Below, piece by piece: positions 19,362-28,736 of a stretch of DNA of 64,000 nucleotides. Both the position numbers and the translations under genes were made by a program. Below the pieces are notes generated by a model, which did not search any database, had not been told where the DNA came from, and worked only from the letters and a program-made list of their open reading frames with translations. The stretch is from Nanobdellota archaeon (lineage in GTDB: Archaea > Nanobdellota > Nanobdellia > Woesearchaeales > WJKV01): the NCBI GenBank assembly GCA_023133595.1, contig JAGLWF010000001.1, positions 33,693 to 97,692 on the forward strand. The letters are read 5' to 3'. The stretch's first letter is position 1; the number at the start of each line of letters is the position of its first letter.

Positions 19362-20732
19362 ATGGCAGATGTGAAAGTTAAGATTGGGCTCGAGATACAC
19401 GGCTATCTTAAGATGAACGAGTCTAAGAAGAAATTGTTCTGTGATTGTGGTATTGGTGGAGAAGAACCAAATACAAAGATCTGCCCGATATGCACTGGCC
19501 AGCCAGGCAATAAACCAATGCTGCCAAACCAGGAAGCAGTGAAAAAGATTGTTGCCTGCGGTCTAATGCTAGGATGTAAAGTCAATAATTATTTATTATT
19601 CCAAAGAAAACATTATTCCTATCCTGATCTGCCAAACGGATACCAGAAAACTATATCTGGAGCATATTCTCATCCAGTTGGGGTTGAAGGAGAATATTTA
19701 GGGATCAGAATAGAAGAAGTGCATCTTGAGGAAGACCCTGCACGTTACGACCCGATAACTGGAAAAGTTGATTATAACAGATGCGGATATCCATTGATAG
19801 AGATTGTGACAAAACCAGACTTCACATCTTCTGATCAAGTCAGAGATTGGTTAAAGAGTATGTTGCGGACTCTAGGATATGTTAATGCAATCGATGCAGA
19901 TGTTGGAATCAAGTCAGATGTGAATGTTTCTATTGGTCCAAAATTCATACGGGCAGAGATAAAAAATGTTAATTCTATCAAGAGCATAATCGCTGCAATC
20001 GAATATGAGATCGAGCGGCAGAAGGAAGAAAAACCAAAAGTAATGGAGACACGTGCATGGGTTGATGATAAAGGCATTACAAAACATATGAGGAAAAAAG
20101 AGACAATATCACAATACATGTTCATCCCAGAACCAGATCTTCCTGTGATTGAACTAGATGATGATTATATCGATAAGATTGCTTCTAATCTGCCAGAGCG
20201 GCCAGAAGCAAAGATAGAGAAATTCACAAAATTAGGGATTCCTGTCTCTGATGCAACGATCCTAAGTGCAGAAATTGAACTGGCACATTTGTTTGAGAAA
20301 GTCGCAAAGAAGATAAATCCAGTTCTTGCTGCCAAATGGCTGAGGCGTGAGCTACTGCGTGTTCTTAATTATAACGAGAAAACAATATCAGAAGTGAAAC
20401 TTGACGAGAAATATTTGATCGAGCTTCTAAAACTTATTGAAGATAAGAAGATAACAGACAAGACCGGCCAAAGATTGATGGAAAAATTGATTGAGAAACC
20501 ATTCTCTCCAAAGAAATATGTACAAGAGCACGACCTAGCACAAGTGACAGGAACAAAAGACTTGGAGAAATGGTGCAAGGAAGCAATAAAAGAAAATAAA
20601 CAAGCTGTACAGGATTATAAAAAAGGAGAAACAAAAGCACTGAATTTTATTGTTGGAAGTGTGATGAAAAAGAGTAAAGGAAAGGCAAATCCTGGTGAAG
20701 TAACCAAAATACTAAAGAAATTGCTGAAATAA
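19362..20732 (+). CDS. gatB: Asp/Glu-tRNA amidotransferase subunit B
   Basis: N-terminal KIGLEIHGYL...KLFCDC. C-terminal YqeY-like tail (GSVMKKSKGKANPGEVTKILKKLL). Confidence 0.85.
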   Translation: MADVKVKIGLEIHGYLKMNESKKKLFCDCGIGGEEPNTKICPICTGQPGNKPMLPNQEAVKKIVACGLMLGCKVNNYLLFQRKHYSYPDLPNGYQKTISGAYSHPVGVEGEYLGIRIEEVHLEEDPARYDPITGKVDYNRCGYPLIEIVTKPDFTSSDQVRDWLKSMLRTLGYVNAIDADVGIKSDVNVSIGPKFIRAEIKNVNSIKSIIAAIEYEIERQKEEKPKVMETRAWVDDKGITKHMRKKETISQYMFIPEPDLPVIELDDDYIDKIASNLPERPEAKIEKFTKLGIPVSDATILSAEIELAHLFEKVAKKINPVLAAKWLRRELLRVLNYNEKTISEVKLDEKYLIELLKLIEDKKITDKTGQRLMEKLIEKPFSPKKYVQEHDLAQVTGTKDLEKWCKEAIKENKQAVQDYKKGETKALNFIVGSVMKKSKGKANPGEVTKILKKLLK

Positions 20733-20742
20733 GATAATAAAG

Positions 20743-21939
20743 TCATAATTCAAGAATCTTGTCAACATCTTTTCTGACTCGTTCTTCAAAGTCTCGGTTT
20801 GTCTCGCCTTCGTCCTTCTCTTTGTTAAGAAATTCGATCATATCAGGTATTAATTCTTTTTCATTCTTCTTTATCTTAAACTGCCCCATATTCTCTTTGA
20901 TAATAGCCTCTTCTATCTCTTCTATGTTAGATGTCTCTATCTGCACTTCTTCGAACTCTGGAGCTGTAAGTTTTGATGTATTCTTCATGACAAAGTATGC
21001 CCCTTGCGCATTCATCTTTGATACCAAATTCTTGAGATCAACATCAGAAGGTCTTCCTGATGATAATTTTCCAGCAAGGCGCATCAGGATTATTGTATTG
21101 TCAAAATCTTTATCTTTGATCGCCTCTTCAATCTCGCTATCTACTTTGTCGGGTGTTTTATTTCCGCAATCAATCCCAAAAATAAATTTTTTCACCAACT
21201 CCACTGGCTTGAAGATCAGTTCACCATTATCATAAATATAAAATCCTCCTGTTTCTGTTTCTAATTCACTAAAACTGTTAGGAAATAATGGGCCAGGATA
21301 GACTACATTCTTGTAATCAGGAAAACTTTTCGTGTTGCGCACATGGACATGGCCTGCTGCATAGTAATCAAACCCCCTTGGAAGCAAAGATATCGGTGCA
21401 GAATCCATCTTTTCAAGCTCTTTTGGTTTTAATTCTGTCAATGCCGTATGTAGCATGAAGATCTTGAAACCCTCTTCTTTCTCTAAATGCTCGCGATCAA
21501 GAAGTTCGTAGAATTCCCTCTCCAGCATCCCTTTCTTTCCAATCATCCCTGTAATCTTTGCATTTGTCTTTGGATCCACAAAGATCCTCAACCTTAATCT
21601 GCCGTTAACATCTTCTCCTTTTGCAACATTTGTGCAAAGTCCAGCATTCTCAAGAACATCCAGCATTGTCTTTCCAGACGGAGAGAAATCATGCGAGCCT
21701 GCAATGATGTAGACAGGAATGCCAAGATCTGCCAGTTGCTTGAGCTTTGCAACTGTCTCTTTGAGACTGTCAAATGAAGGAAGGGATGTATTGAACAGAT
21801 CACCAGATATCAAAACAAAATCAACTTTTTCTGATATTACTGTATCTACTGCAGAAATGAATGCTTTGCGATTAAGCTCTGCAAGCTTAGGTTCCCTCCA
21901 TGCCCCCATATGGCAGTCTGCCAGGTGTGCAAACTTCAT
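20743..21939 (-). CDS. mre11: DNA double-strand-break repair nuclease Mre11
   Basis: Calcineurin-like phosphoesterase motifs MKFAHLADCHMG, GDLFN, GSHD and GHVH. Confidence 0.85.
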   Translation of the reverse strand: MKFAHLADCHMGAWREPKLAELNRKAFISAVDTVISEKVDFVLISGDLFNTSLPSFDSLKETVAKLKQLADLGIPVYIIAGSHDFSPSGKTMLDVLENAGLCTNVAKGEDVNGRLRLRIFVDPKTNAKITGMIGKKGMLEREFYELLDREHLEKEEGFKIFMLHTALTELKPKELEKMDSAPISLLPRGFDYYAAGHVHVRNTKSFPDYKNVVYPGPLFPNSFSELETETGGFYIYDNGELIFKPVELVKKFIFGIDCGNKTPDKVDSEIEEAIKDKDFDNTIILMRLAGKLSSGRPSDVDLKNLVSKMNAQGAYFVMKNTSKLTAPEFEEVQIETSNIEEIEEAIIKENMGQFKIKKNEKELIPDMIEFLNKEKDEGETNRDFEERVRKDVDKILEL

Positions 21940-22014
21940 AGTCGAGAAAAATGCAGATCTCTATATAAGCTTTGTCGCATAAGCTTTTTAAAGCCCTGTT
22001 CCCTTTTTATAAAA

Positions 22015-22755
22015 ATGAGCAAACTATTCATTGTAACTGGACTTGACGGATTGATTGTAAATAGTGATATTTTCTCTAAAGCGCACGAAGCATGGTTTGA
22101 CCATTTTTGTGCTGTTCTTGGAGATGAAAGTTTCAAAGAATTGATGCATCAGCCGAACTATTGGGATGCTGTCTATGAGATAATGGAAAAACAGCTAGGA
22201 TTATCCCGAGAAATTCCTGAAGAGGCTGCAATGCTGCGAAAATTCGCAAGAGAGACATACAGGAGTCTTGTGATCAGATTTGCAGAGCAATACCGAAAAG
22301 AAGATATACTTTTGCCAGAGGAACATCGGGGAACAATTGATGTCCTTAAATCTCTAAAAGATAGAGCAACACTTATGTTATTAACAACAACTCCAGGAGA
22401 CGTGCTTCCCTTTATATTAAAAAAAATGGACTGTGAAGATTTGTATGATGATATTCTTTCAAGCAAACTTGATGCATATCCTTCTGCAGTTGAGATATAT
22501 GAAAAATTTAGGAATCGAGAGCTAAGACGAACAAGTATGACTCCAGAAATAAAACCAGATTGTTATATAGGAAGCAGCAAAAGGACAATTGAATATTTTA
22601 AAGGATTAGATGTTCCAACGGTATTTCCATCGTGGACTATGAGCGCTGAAGATCAGAGGGAAACTTGCGAAGCTTTTAGAATTGCGGATTATACTCCAAT
22701 AACAGCTTGTATGTTAAAGCAAGTTCTAGAAAATCTTCTCAAACCATCCCAGTAA
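22015..22755 (+). CDS. Hypothetical protein (possibly HAD-like hydrolase fold), on the strand opposite mre11 and herA
   Basis: Start moved to the ATG ([18 protein letters not shown]); the ORF-track N-terminus is implausible. Its ends overlap both flanking genes. Confidence 0.4.
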   Translation: MSKLFIVTGLDGLIVNSDIFSKAHEAWFDHFCAVLGDESFKELMHQPNYWDAVYEIMEKQLGLSREIPEEAAMLRKFARETYRSLVIRFAEQYRKEDILLPEEHRGTIDVLKSLKDRATLMLLTTTPGDVLPFILKKMDCEDLYDDILSSKLDAYPSAVEIYEKFRNRELRRTSMTPEIKPDCYIGSSKRTIEYFKGLDVPTVFPSWTMSAEDQRETCEAFRIADYTPITACMLKQVLENLLKPSQ

Positions 22756-24250
22756 ATTCAGTCTTAACTTTTTTCTCTATCTTAGTATTCTTAACAAAGT
22801 CCGGGAAGAACGGAATCTTGATAGGTGTTGCGAAACGTGCAAAGTTGGATGTGACAATAGCTTCGCCTTTGTCCAATGATGCAATCGCCCTGCTGTCCTG
22901 TGAAAGGTCTTGTGAAGCAGATTCTATGATCGAACTTCTTTCTGGTGCCATCTCTATACCAAGGATGATCTTTGTATTCATGTTCGCCAAGATTGTTCTT
23001 GGAATAAGCGAAGGTAGCTGTGTGATCGCGCACAATCCGATCTGAAACTTTCTTCCTTCACGCGCGATTGTTGAAAAAATATTAGGTCCTGCTTCAAGTA
23101 CTTCTTTTCCAAGCACTCTTGGCGCTTCTTCAATTACAATAGAAATAACTGGTCTCTGTTTTAATTTTCCTGTTTTCAGGTAATATTTGTGTTTATCCAA
23201 TATTTTTGTTGCAATAAGTGATCCAATCAGAATCTCTGCACTGTCAGAGAAGGAAGATGTATCAATGATAACTGTCTTTGCCTGTTCAATCTGCTGTACA
23301 ATATCATTGACTGTGGTTTCACCAGCAATCCTGTCAAAGATCCCTTTAGAAACAAGGTCGCCATCAACAACTCTGATATCAAGAAGGTTTGACAATCTGC
23401 GCTTGATAACTCCAATTGTTGATTCATGAATATTCTCGCTTATGGTATGATCCAGCATGAATGCTTCGATCCATTTATCTCCATATTTCTTGTAACATAA
23501 AGCAAGAGCGTCACGCTGTGCATCTGTCCATGACAAAACACCGCGCAGATGTTCTGGTTCAACGCATTTCAGATTGATCTTAAGGGTATTGCATCCTGGG
23601 GGGGGATTGTTTGAATAGTAAGAAAGCTTTTTGCTTGGATGATCTTTTAGACCAAGATCATTTCTTCCGTAATATTCGTCGTGCGGATCCAGAACAAGAA
23701 AACCGCAATAATCTTTATCCATACAGCTCCATAAAATAACTCGCAATAAGTTTGATTTTCCTTTTCCAGTTGTTGCTGGTATTAAGATATGATGTGATAA
23801 AACTTCTTTTCCTGCAAGAGAGATCGGGACATCAAGAAGCTTGCTTCCGGAACGTAAATTTCCGATAAATAATGGATTTTGAGGTTCTGCGAGAAAACTA
23901 AGATCTTCTTTCTTGATTTCACGGACATGAGAAAAGAAATCAGGCAAAATCTTAGATGTTGAAGCATCTTTCTTGATCGTGATCAGATTTTTCAGCATTG
24001 CCAGCTTATAATTGCGTAATTTTGGGTCCATGAACTGAAAATCAGAGTTTTCTTCAAGATTTAGACCAGAAATTAATTCTAAGTTCTGCTGTGAGATCTG
24101 GGAACCATATAAAAGATCATAGACTTGAAGCAAAATCTTAGCATTTTCATTTTCTGCGACCAATAATTCTCCTAATTCAATGTTCTGGTCACTTTTCTGC
24201 CTAATGCATATCTCTCCGAACTTCCCAGAAATGACCTGCCCCAATATCAT
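22739..24250 (-). CDS. herA: HerA-type FtsK/HerA-family hexameric helicase/ATPase
   Basis: N-terminal beta-barrel-like region. Walker [11 protein letters not shown]. Walker [15 protein letters not shown] about 25 nt ahead of the ATG (leaderless). Confidence 0.8.
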   Translation of the reverse strand: MILGQVISGKFGEICIRQKSDQNIELGELLVAENENAKILLQVYDLLYGSQISQQNLELISGLNLEENSDFQFMDPKLRNYKLAMLKNLITIKKDASTSKILPDFFSHVREIKKEDLSFLAEPQNPLFIGNLRSGSKLLDVPISLAGKEVLSHHILIPATTGKGKSNLLRVILWSCMDKDYCGFLVLDPHDEYYGRNDLGLKDHPSKKLSYYSNNPPPGCNTLKINLKCVEPEHLRGVLSWTDAQRDALALCYKKYGDKWIEAFMLDHTISENIHESTIGVIKRRLSNLLDIRVVDGDLVSKGIFDRIAGETTVNDIVQQIEQAKTVIIDTSSFSDSAEILIGSLIATKILDKHKYYLKTGKLKQRPVISIVIEEAPRVLGKEVLEAGPNIFSTIAREGRKFQIGLCAITQLPSLIPRTILANMNTKIILGIEMAPERSSIIESASQDLSQDSRAIASLDKGEAIVTSNFARFATPIKIPFFPDFVKNTKIEKKVKTEFTGMV

Positions 24251-24346
24251 CTATCAGAAGACCGATAATGGGTATATAAATATTGCTAATACCATTTATA
24301 AAAAAAGGATTTGTGGATATATAAAAATCCACAAGAACTAAAAAAT

Positions 24347-24619
24347 TTATCTCCTTTTTCTCCTTCGAGTTGTTCTTCTCTTTGTAGTTTTTCTTTTGGT
24401 TGTTTTTCGCTTAGTTGTTCTTCTCTTTGCTGTTTTTCGCTTAGTTGTTTTTCGTTTAGTTACTTTTCTTTTGGTTTTTCTCTTTGTAGTTTTTCTTTTG
24501 GTTGTTTTTCGCTTAGTTGTTTTTCTCTTTACTGTTTTTCTTTTGGTTGTTTTTCTTTTCTTAGTTCTTCGCTTAGTTGTCTTTTTCTTTGCTGTTTTTC
24601 TTTTTCTTCGTGCTGCCAT
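24347..24619 (-). CDS. Small Lys/Arg/Thr-rich basic protein (KRKTTKRKT repeats); putative nucleic-acid/chromatin-binding protein
   Basis: Start at the ATG (MAARRKRK) with AAGGAGGTG 7 nt upstream. About 60% K+R. Built from imperfect tandem DNA repeats. A consensus BRE/TATA promoter lies upstream. Confidence 0.6.
   Translation of the reverse strand: MAARRKRKTAKKKTTKRRTKKRKTTKRKTVKRKTTKRKTTKRKTTKRKTKRKVTKRKTTKRKTAKRRTTKRKTTKRKTTKRRTTRRRKRR
24380..24600. repeat. Imperfect tandem repeats (~27-30 nt units) encoding TTKRKT-type repeats
   Basis: Units such as cgcttagttgtttttc and ctttggttgtttttc recur throughout the gene. Confidence 0.6.
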
Positions 24620-24715
24620 CGTAATAAGCACCTCCTTTTTTTAAAATTGAACCGGTATAAACATAATAGAACTCACTATTTTTAGTCCTCACCTCTGTTT
24701 TTAATCACCAGTTCT

Positions 24716-24760
24716 TTTAATTATTATATAAATACGAAAAACTCATATATAAATGTTTCG
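24716..24760 (-). promoter_or_regulatory. BRE/TATA promoter (cgaaacatttatata and tatttatata) driving the KR-rich protein gene
   Basis: Read on the minus strand. Matches the recurring motif cgaaacaTTTAtATA seen at six other gene starts in this window. Confidence 0.5.
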
Positions 24761-24868
24761 TAAATTTTCAGTGTTTTTTGTTATTTTTCCTGAAAATTTG
24801 TTTTTTCATCTAATTTTATTATTTTTTCAAATTTTTTTAGAAATTGCATCTAGAAAAGTTTTTATTCA

Positions 24869-26011
24869 TTATTCAAGATTTTTTCGCACAGTTTCAAAAA
24901 AATCTTCGATCTTTTTCTCTTGTTCGAGCCTTCTTTTTCTTGTCGGAGATGTATATTCTCCTTCTTTACCATAATAATCTTCTAATTCCACGTCTTTTGT
25001 TTCTTCTTTTTTATCTTCTTCTTTCTTTTCCTTTTTCTCTTCTCGTGTTTCTTCCTCTTCTTCTTTTCTTCCTTTCCTCTCTCGATCTTCACTCTCTTTT
25101 TCAACTTCGCCTTCAGCTTCAAATAATTCTTTTTCTTCTATCTCTCTTGCACGTTCTGCCTGTTCTTCTTCTTCTTTTCTCTTGCGCCATCGTTCAAGCG
25201 CGATCTCTGCTGCACAATTATATGCAAAACCAAGAAGTGCTTTAGGATTATTGTCAGTTTCCTTGCATATTCGCTTCAATAAGCTCTCTGAAATCGGCTT
25301 GATATCTTTCCCACCAACAGATTCAATACGTTTCTTGATCATCTTTCGTAGATCAGGATATTTCATTCCTGAAAGTTCAATCTTAAGATGATCCAGCTTT
25401 GTGAAAGGTAAAAGTTCTTTTTTCTTCAAATCTTCTTTGCTCCCGTTTATGATTAATTGAAAATTTATGTTTGCTGTAAATAACTCTTTCAACAATAGTA
25501 AAGCTAAATCAGATATTTCACTGATATCATCAATCAAAAGTATCAGACGTTTATCTTTTGCAAGCTTATTTCGAAGATAATTAGTGACAGTGGCAATTGT
25601 CATTGTCTGCCATGGTTTTGTTATGAACCGTTCTAACGGGTTCATGACAGGTAATATTATCTGCTTGATCGCATGTTTCTCTCCTGTAAGTTTATTTCCA
25701 TGGATCATACGAGCCCGAACTTGTTTTTTATATTTTTTCAGTTCATACTCCATCCATTTCAATATTGTGCTCTTTCCAGAGCCAGGCGGGCCAGCAATGC
25801 TTCCAAAATTGAATTTTTTTATCACAAAAAGATTTATCTGCAGCCTGTCTTTATCATATCCAACTATAAAGTCTTCAATCGGCTTCAAAATCTTTGTCTC
25901 AAACGGATTTTTTGACCATTCGAACTCTTTATACCAGTCAAGCATGAACTGGTCTTTAGAAGTCTGTGATTTTTCTTCCTTGTCACCCAAGATCTTGATG
26001 CGTATGTTCAT
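24869..26011 (-). CDS. Orc1/Cdc6-like AAA+ ATPase with an acidic K/E-rich C-terminal tail (no winged-helix domain recognised)
   Basis: Start moved to MNIRIK, about 25 nt downstream of aacatttatatatg (leaderless). Walker A GPPGSGKST. Walker B LILLIDDISE. Lid-like NNPKALLGFAYNCAAEIA. About 110-aa E/K/R-rich tail. Confidence 0.6.
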   Translation of the reverse strand: MNIRIKILGDKEEKSQTSKDQFMLDWYKEFEWSKNPFETKILKPIEDFIVGYDKDRLQINLFVIKKFNFGSIAGPPGSGKSTILKWMEYELKKYKKQVRARMIHGNKLTGEKHAIKQIILPVMNPLERFITKPWQTMTIATVTNYLRNKLAKDKRLILLIDDISEISDLALLLLKELFTANINFQLIINGSKEDLKKKELLPFTKLDHLKIELSGMKYPDLRKMIKKRIESVGGKDIKPISESLLKRICKETDNNPKALLGFAYNCAAEIALERWRKRKEEEEQAERAREIEEKELFEAEGEVEKESEDRERKGRKEEEEETREEKKEKKEEDKKEETKDVELEDYYGKEGEYTSPTRKRRLEQEKKIEDFFETVRKNLE

Positions 26012-26102
26012 ATTAAAGTAATACATAAAGAATTCATATATAAATGTTGCCAGAGATATAGAAGGGTTTTTAAATTGGTTTGTTTCTCGGTTCTCAGGGA
26101 TT

Positions 26103-27203
26103 ATGAAAAAAAAACTTTTAGATCTTGTTGTATGCCCAATATGCAAAGGCAATCTAAATCTGATTATTTTCAAGACCGGAATAGGCAAAAATCCCGAAAT
26201 AATTGACGGTCTTCTCCATTGCAAGTGCAGCTCTTGGTACCCCATCATCAGAGGGATCCCTAGAATCTTGCCCATGCCTCTGCAAAAGAAGATTCTAAAG
26301 CAGGATTGGAGTAAATTTATCATGATATACAGAGAGAAGTTTCCTAAATCGATCGAATCAGAGTTCAAATCAGAATCAGACAGATTCGATCATGTCAAAA
26401 AAAAGACTGCACAAGCATGGGGGTATCAATGGACTTATTTTGATTATCTCATCAAAGAAAGCAAAGCCCAATTCCTAAAATTCCTGCGCCCAGTTAACAA
26501 AGAATTTTTCAGGAATAAACTTGTCCTGGATGCTGGCTGCGGCACTGGGAGGCACGTCTATTTTTCCAGTCTTTTTGGCGCTGAAACTATCGGACTGGAT
26601 CTAAGCTATGCTGTTGAAGCTGCTCAGAGATATAATAAAGATCCAAAGACTCACATTGTCCAGGCAGATATTTTCAACATGCCATTTAAGGACGGAACTT
26701 TTGATTATGCTTTTTCAATCGGTGTGCTTCATCATCTTCCAGATCCAGAAAAAGGATTTTCAGAGATGGTGAAAAAGATCAAAAGGAATGGTTCTGTTTC
26801 AGCATGGGTCTATGGAAAAGAAAATAATGAATTTATCACGCATATTATCGAACCATTAAGAAAGACTATAACTACAAATATGAACCTCAAAGTTTTGAAT
26901 GCCATCAGTTTTTTCATTACCATCCCTTATTTTTTATTGACAAAATTTGTCTATCGCCCTATAAATAAATTTGGATTGACCAAATCTATACTGAACATAC
27001 TGCCTTATTCAGAATATTTTTTACAGTTCTCTAATTTTAGCTTTAAACATCATTGGGTGAATGTCCTTGACAAGTTTGATGCCCCTCTTGCAAATTATTA
27101 TTCAAAAAAAGAATTTGAGCAATGGTTTGTCAGAGAAAAATTAAAAAACATATCTCTTCTTCCAGTTAATAACATCAGCTGGGCTGGTTATGGCAAAAAA
27201 TAA
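26103..27203 (+). CDS. SAM-dependent methyltransferase with an N-terminal Trm112-like zinc-ribbon domain
   Basis: LLDLVVCPICKGNL...LLHC (Trm112p-like). Motif I VLDAGCGTGRH. Motif post-I GLDLS. Confidence 0.65.
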   Translation: MKKKLLDLVVCPICKGNLNLIIFKTGIGKNPEIIDGLLHCKCSSWYPIIRGIPRILPMPLQKKILKQDWSKFIMIYREKFPKSIESEFKSESDRFDHVKKKTAQAWGYQWTYFDYLIKESKAQFLKFLRPVNKEFFRNKLVLDAGCGTGRHVYFSSLFGAETIGLDLSYAVEAAQRYNKDPKTHIVQADIFNMPFKDGTFDYAFSIGVLHHLPDPEKGFSEMVKKIKRNGSVSAWVYGKENNEFITHIIEPLRKTITTNMNLKVLNAISFFITIPYFLLTKFVYRPINKFGLTKSILNILPYSEYFLQFSNFSFKHHWVNVLDKFDAPLANYYSKKEFEQWFVREKLKNISLLPVNNISWAGYGKK

Positions 27204-27209
27204 TAAAAA

Positions 27210-28640
27210 ATGGCAAAAATTTTACTGATAAATCCACCAATGACACAAGCAGAATTATATTCTGACTATGGGGCAGGCGCAGCTGTATTGGCGCCGTTAG
27301 GGCTCTGTTATCTGGCCTCCTTCCTAGAAAAAGAAGGACATACTATCAAAATCATAGACGGAGTTGCAGAAAAAACATCGCAAAATGAGCTGAAGCAGCG
27401 AATATTGGAATTCAACCCAGATATCATCGGTATAACCGCAATGACTGTTGCATACAACCGGGCAGTCGAGACTGCAAAGTTCATCAAAGAATTCAAACCT
27501 GATTCTGTGCTTTTGCTTGGAGGCCCGCATATCAGCTCTGTTCCAATAAAAACATTCCAAGAACATGATTGTTTTGATATTGGTGTGACCGGAGAAGGAG
27601 AGCTGACAATGAAAGAGTTGACAGAATACCTTGAGAAAAGAAAATTCAAGAATTACAAGAAAGATCTCAAGGATATCAAAGGGATTATCTTCAGAGATGA
27701 CGCAGGGGATATAATATTAATGCCCAGAAGAGAACTGATAAAAGATCTGGATTCGCTACCATTACCAGCAAGACATCTATTGCCTGACATAGAATTGTAC
27801 AATAGTCTACCAATAGGGGGCCAGAAACCCAATGTTGCTTCGATAATTCCTAGCAGAGGTTGTCCATTTCAATGTGTATTTTGTGACCAGAATGTTTTCG
27901 GACATAAATGGAGATCATTCTCTGCAGAATATGTTATCAAGGAAGTGGAAGAACTTGTTAACAAATACGGTGTGAACACAATACAAATACAGGATGATCT
28001 TTTTACTCTAAAACGTGATCGGGTCATAAGATTCTGCAATCTACTTTTAGAAAAGAACATAAAGATTATCTGGAACTTAAGCTCACGAGTAGATTCAATC
28101 GATGAAGAAATTGCAAAGTTGATGAAAAAAGTAGGGTGTGACATTGTTTATTTTGGGATAGAAAGCGGTGATCAAGAAGTTCTTAATAAGATCAAAAAGA
28201 AAATAACTCTAGAACAAGTAATAAAAACTGTAAAGATGATTAAGAAAGTCGGACTAAGACCTAGCGGTTCTTTTATCATTGGATTACCTTTTGACACAAA
28301 AGAGACTATTGAAAAAACAATAAGGTTTGCCCTATCTTTACCATTAGATGCTGTAAGTTTTCACATAGCAACACCATACCCAAACACAGAGTTTGAAAGC
28401 ATTGCTGCAAATTATGGAACACTCTATACTCCTGACTGGTCCCAATATAGAGGCCATCCTGATGAAGTTATGTACACACCAGAAGGCATATCAAAAGAAT
28501 ATCTTCTCAATAAACAGAAAGAAGCCTACAGGCGATTTTATCTAAGACCAAGATTGATATTTACCAAGATTCTGGAAATAAGAGATCCCAGAACATTCTT
28601 CAATTATATCAAAGGTGCTTTTGCTGTAATCAGACCTTAA
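27210..28640 (+). CDS. B12-binding-domain radical SAM protein (class B radical SAM)
   Basis: N-terminal B12-binding-like region (MAKILLINPP...LLLGGPH). Radical SAM CPFQCVFCD cluster. 6 nt downstream of the methyltransferase gene. Confidence 0.75.
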   Translation: MAKILLINPPMTQAELYSDYGAGAAVLAPLGLCYLASFLEKEGHTIKIIDGVAEKTSQNELKQRILEFNPDIIGITAMTVAYNRAVETAKFIKEFKPDSVLLLGGPHISSVPIKTFQEHDCFDIGVTGEGELTMKELTEYLEKRKFKNYKKDLKDIKGIIFRDDAGDIILMPRRELIKDLDSLPLPARHLLPDIELYNSLPIGGQKPNVASIIPSRGCPFQCVFCDQNVFGHKWRSFSAEYVIKEVEELVNKYGVNTIQIQDDLFTLKRDRVIRFCNLLLEKNIKIIWNLSSRVDSIDEEIAKLMKKVGCDIVYFGIESGDQEVLNKIKKKITLEQVIKTVKMIKKVGLRPSGSFIIGLPFDTKETIEKTIRFALSLPLDAVSFHIATPYPNTEFESIAANYGTLYTPDWSQYRGHPDEVMYTPEGISKEYLLNKQKEAYRRFYLRPRLIFTKILEIRDPRTFFNYIKGAFAVIRP

Positions 28641-28736
28641 GAAATACATGCCAGTTATCTTTTGGGGATCTTGTCTTCCTCTTATTTAATGGATAAACAA
28701 AATGATATATAAAAATTGTGTTTAACTGTTCAGTGT

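Noticed and set aside
22015-22755. Possibility that the gene between herA and mre11 is NurA
   Set aside because: It is on the opposite strand. Its GLDG is not the NurA DGS motif. The sequence looks more HAD-like. Kept as hypothetical.
24380-24600. CRISPR array
   Set aside because: The only periodic repeats in the window are coding tandem repeats (KR genes, KETP linker) with no unique spacers of constant length. No cas genes are present.
24311-24685. Plus-strand ORFs (124 and 82 aa) full of CSS/FLV repeats
   Set aside because: They are antisense shadows of the Lys-codon-rich KR protein gene; AAA/AAG read on the other strand gives TTT/CTT. There is no RBS and the composition is implausible.
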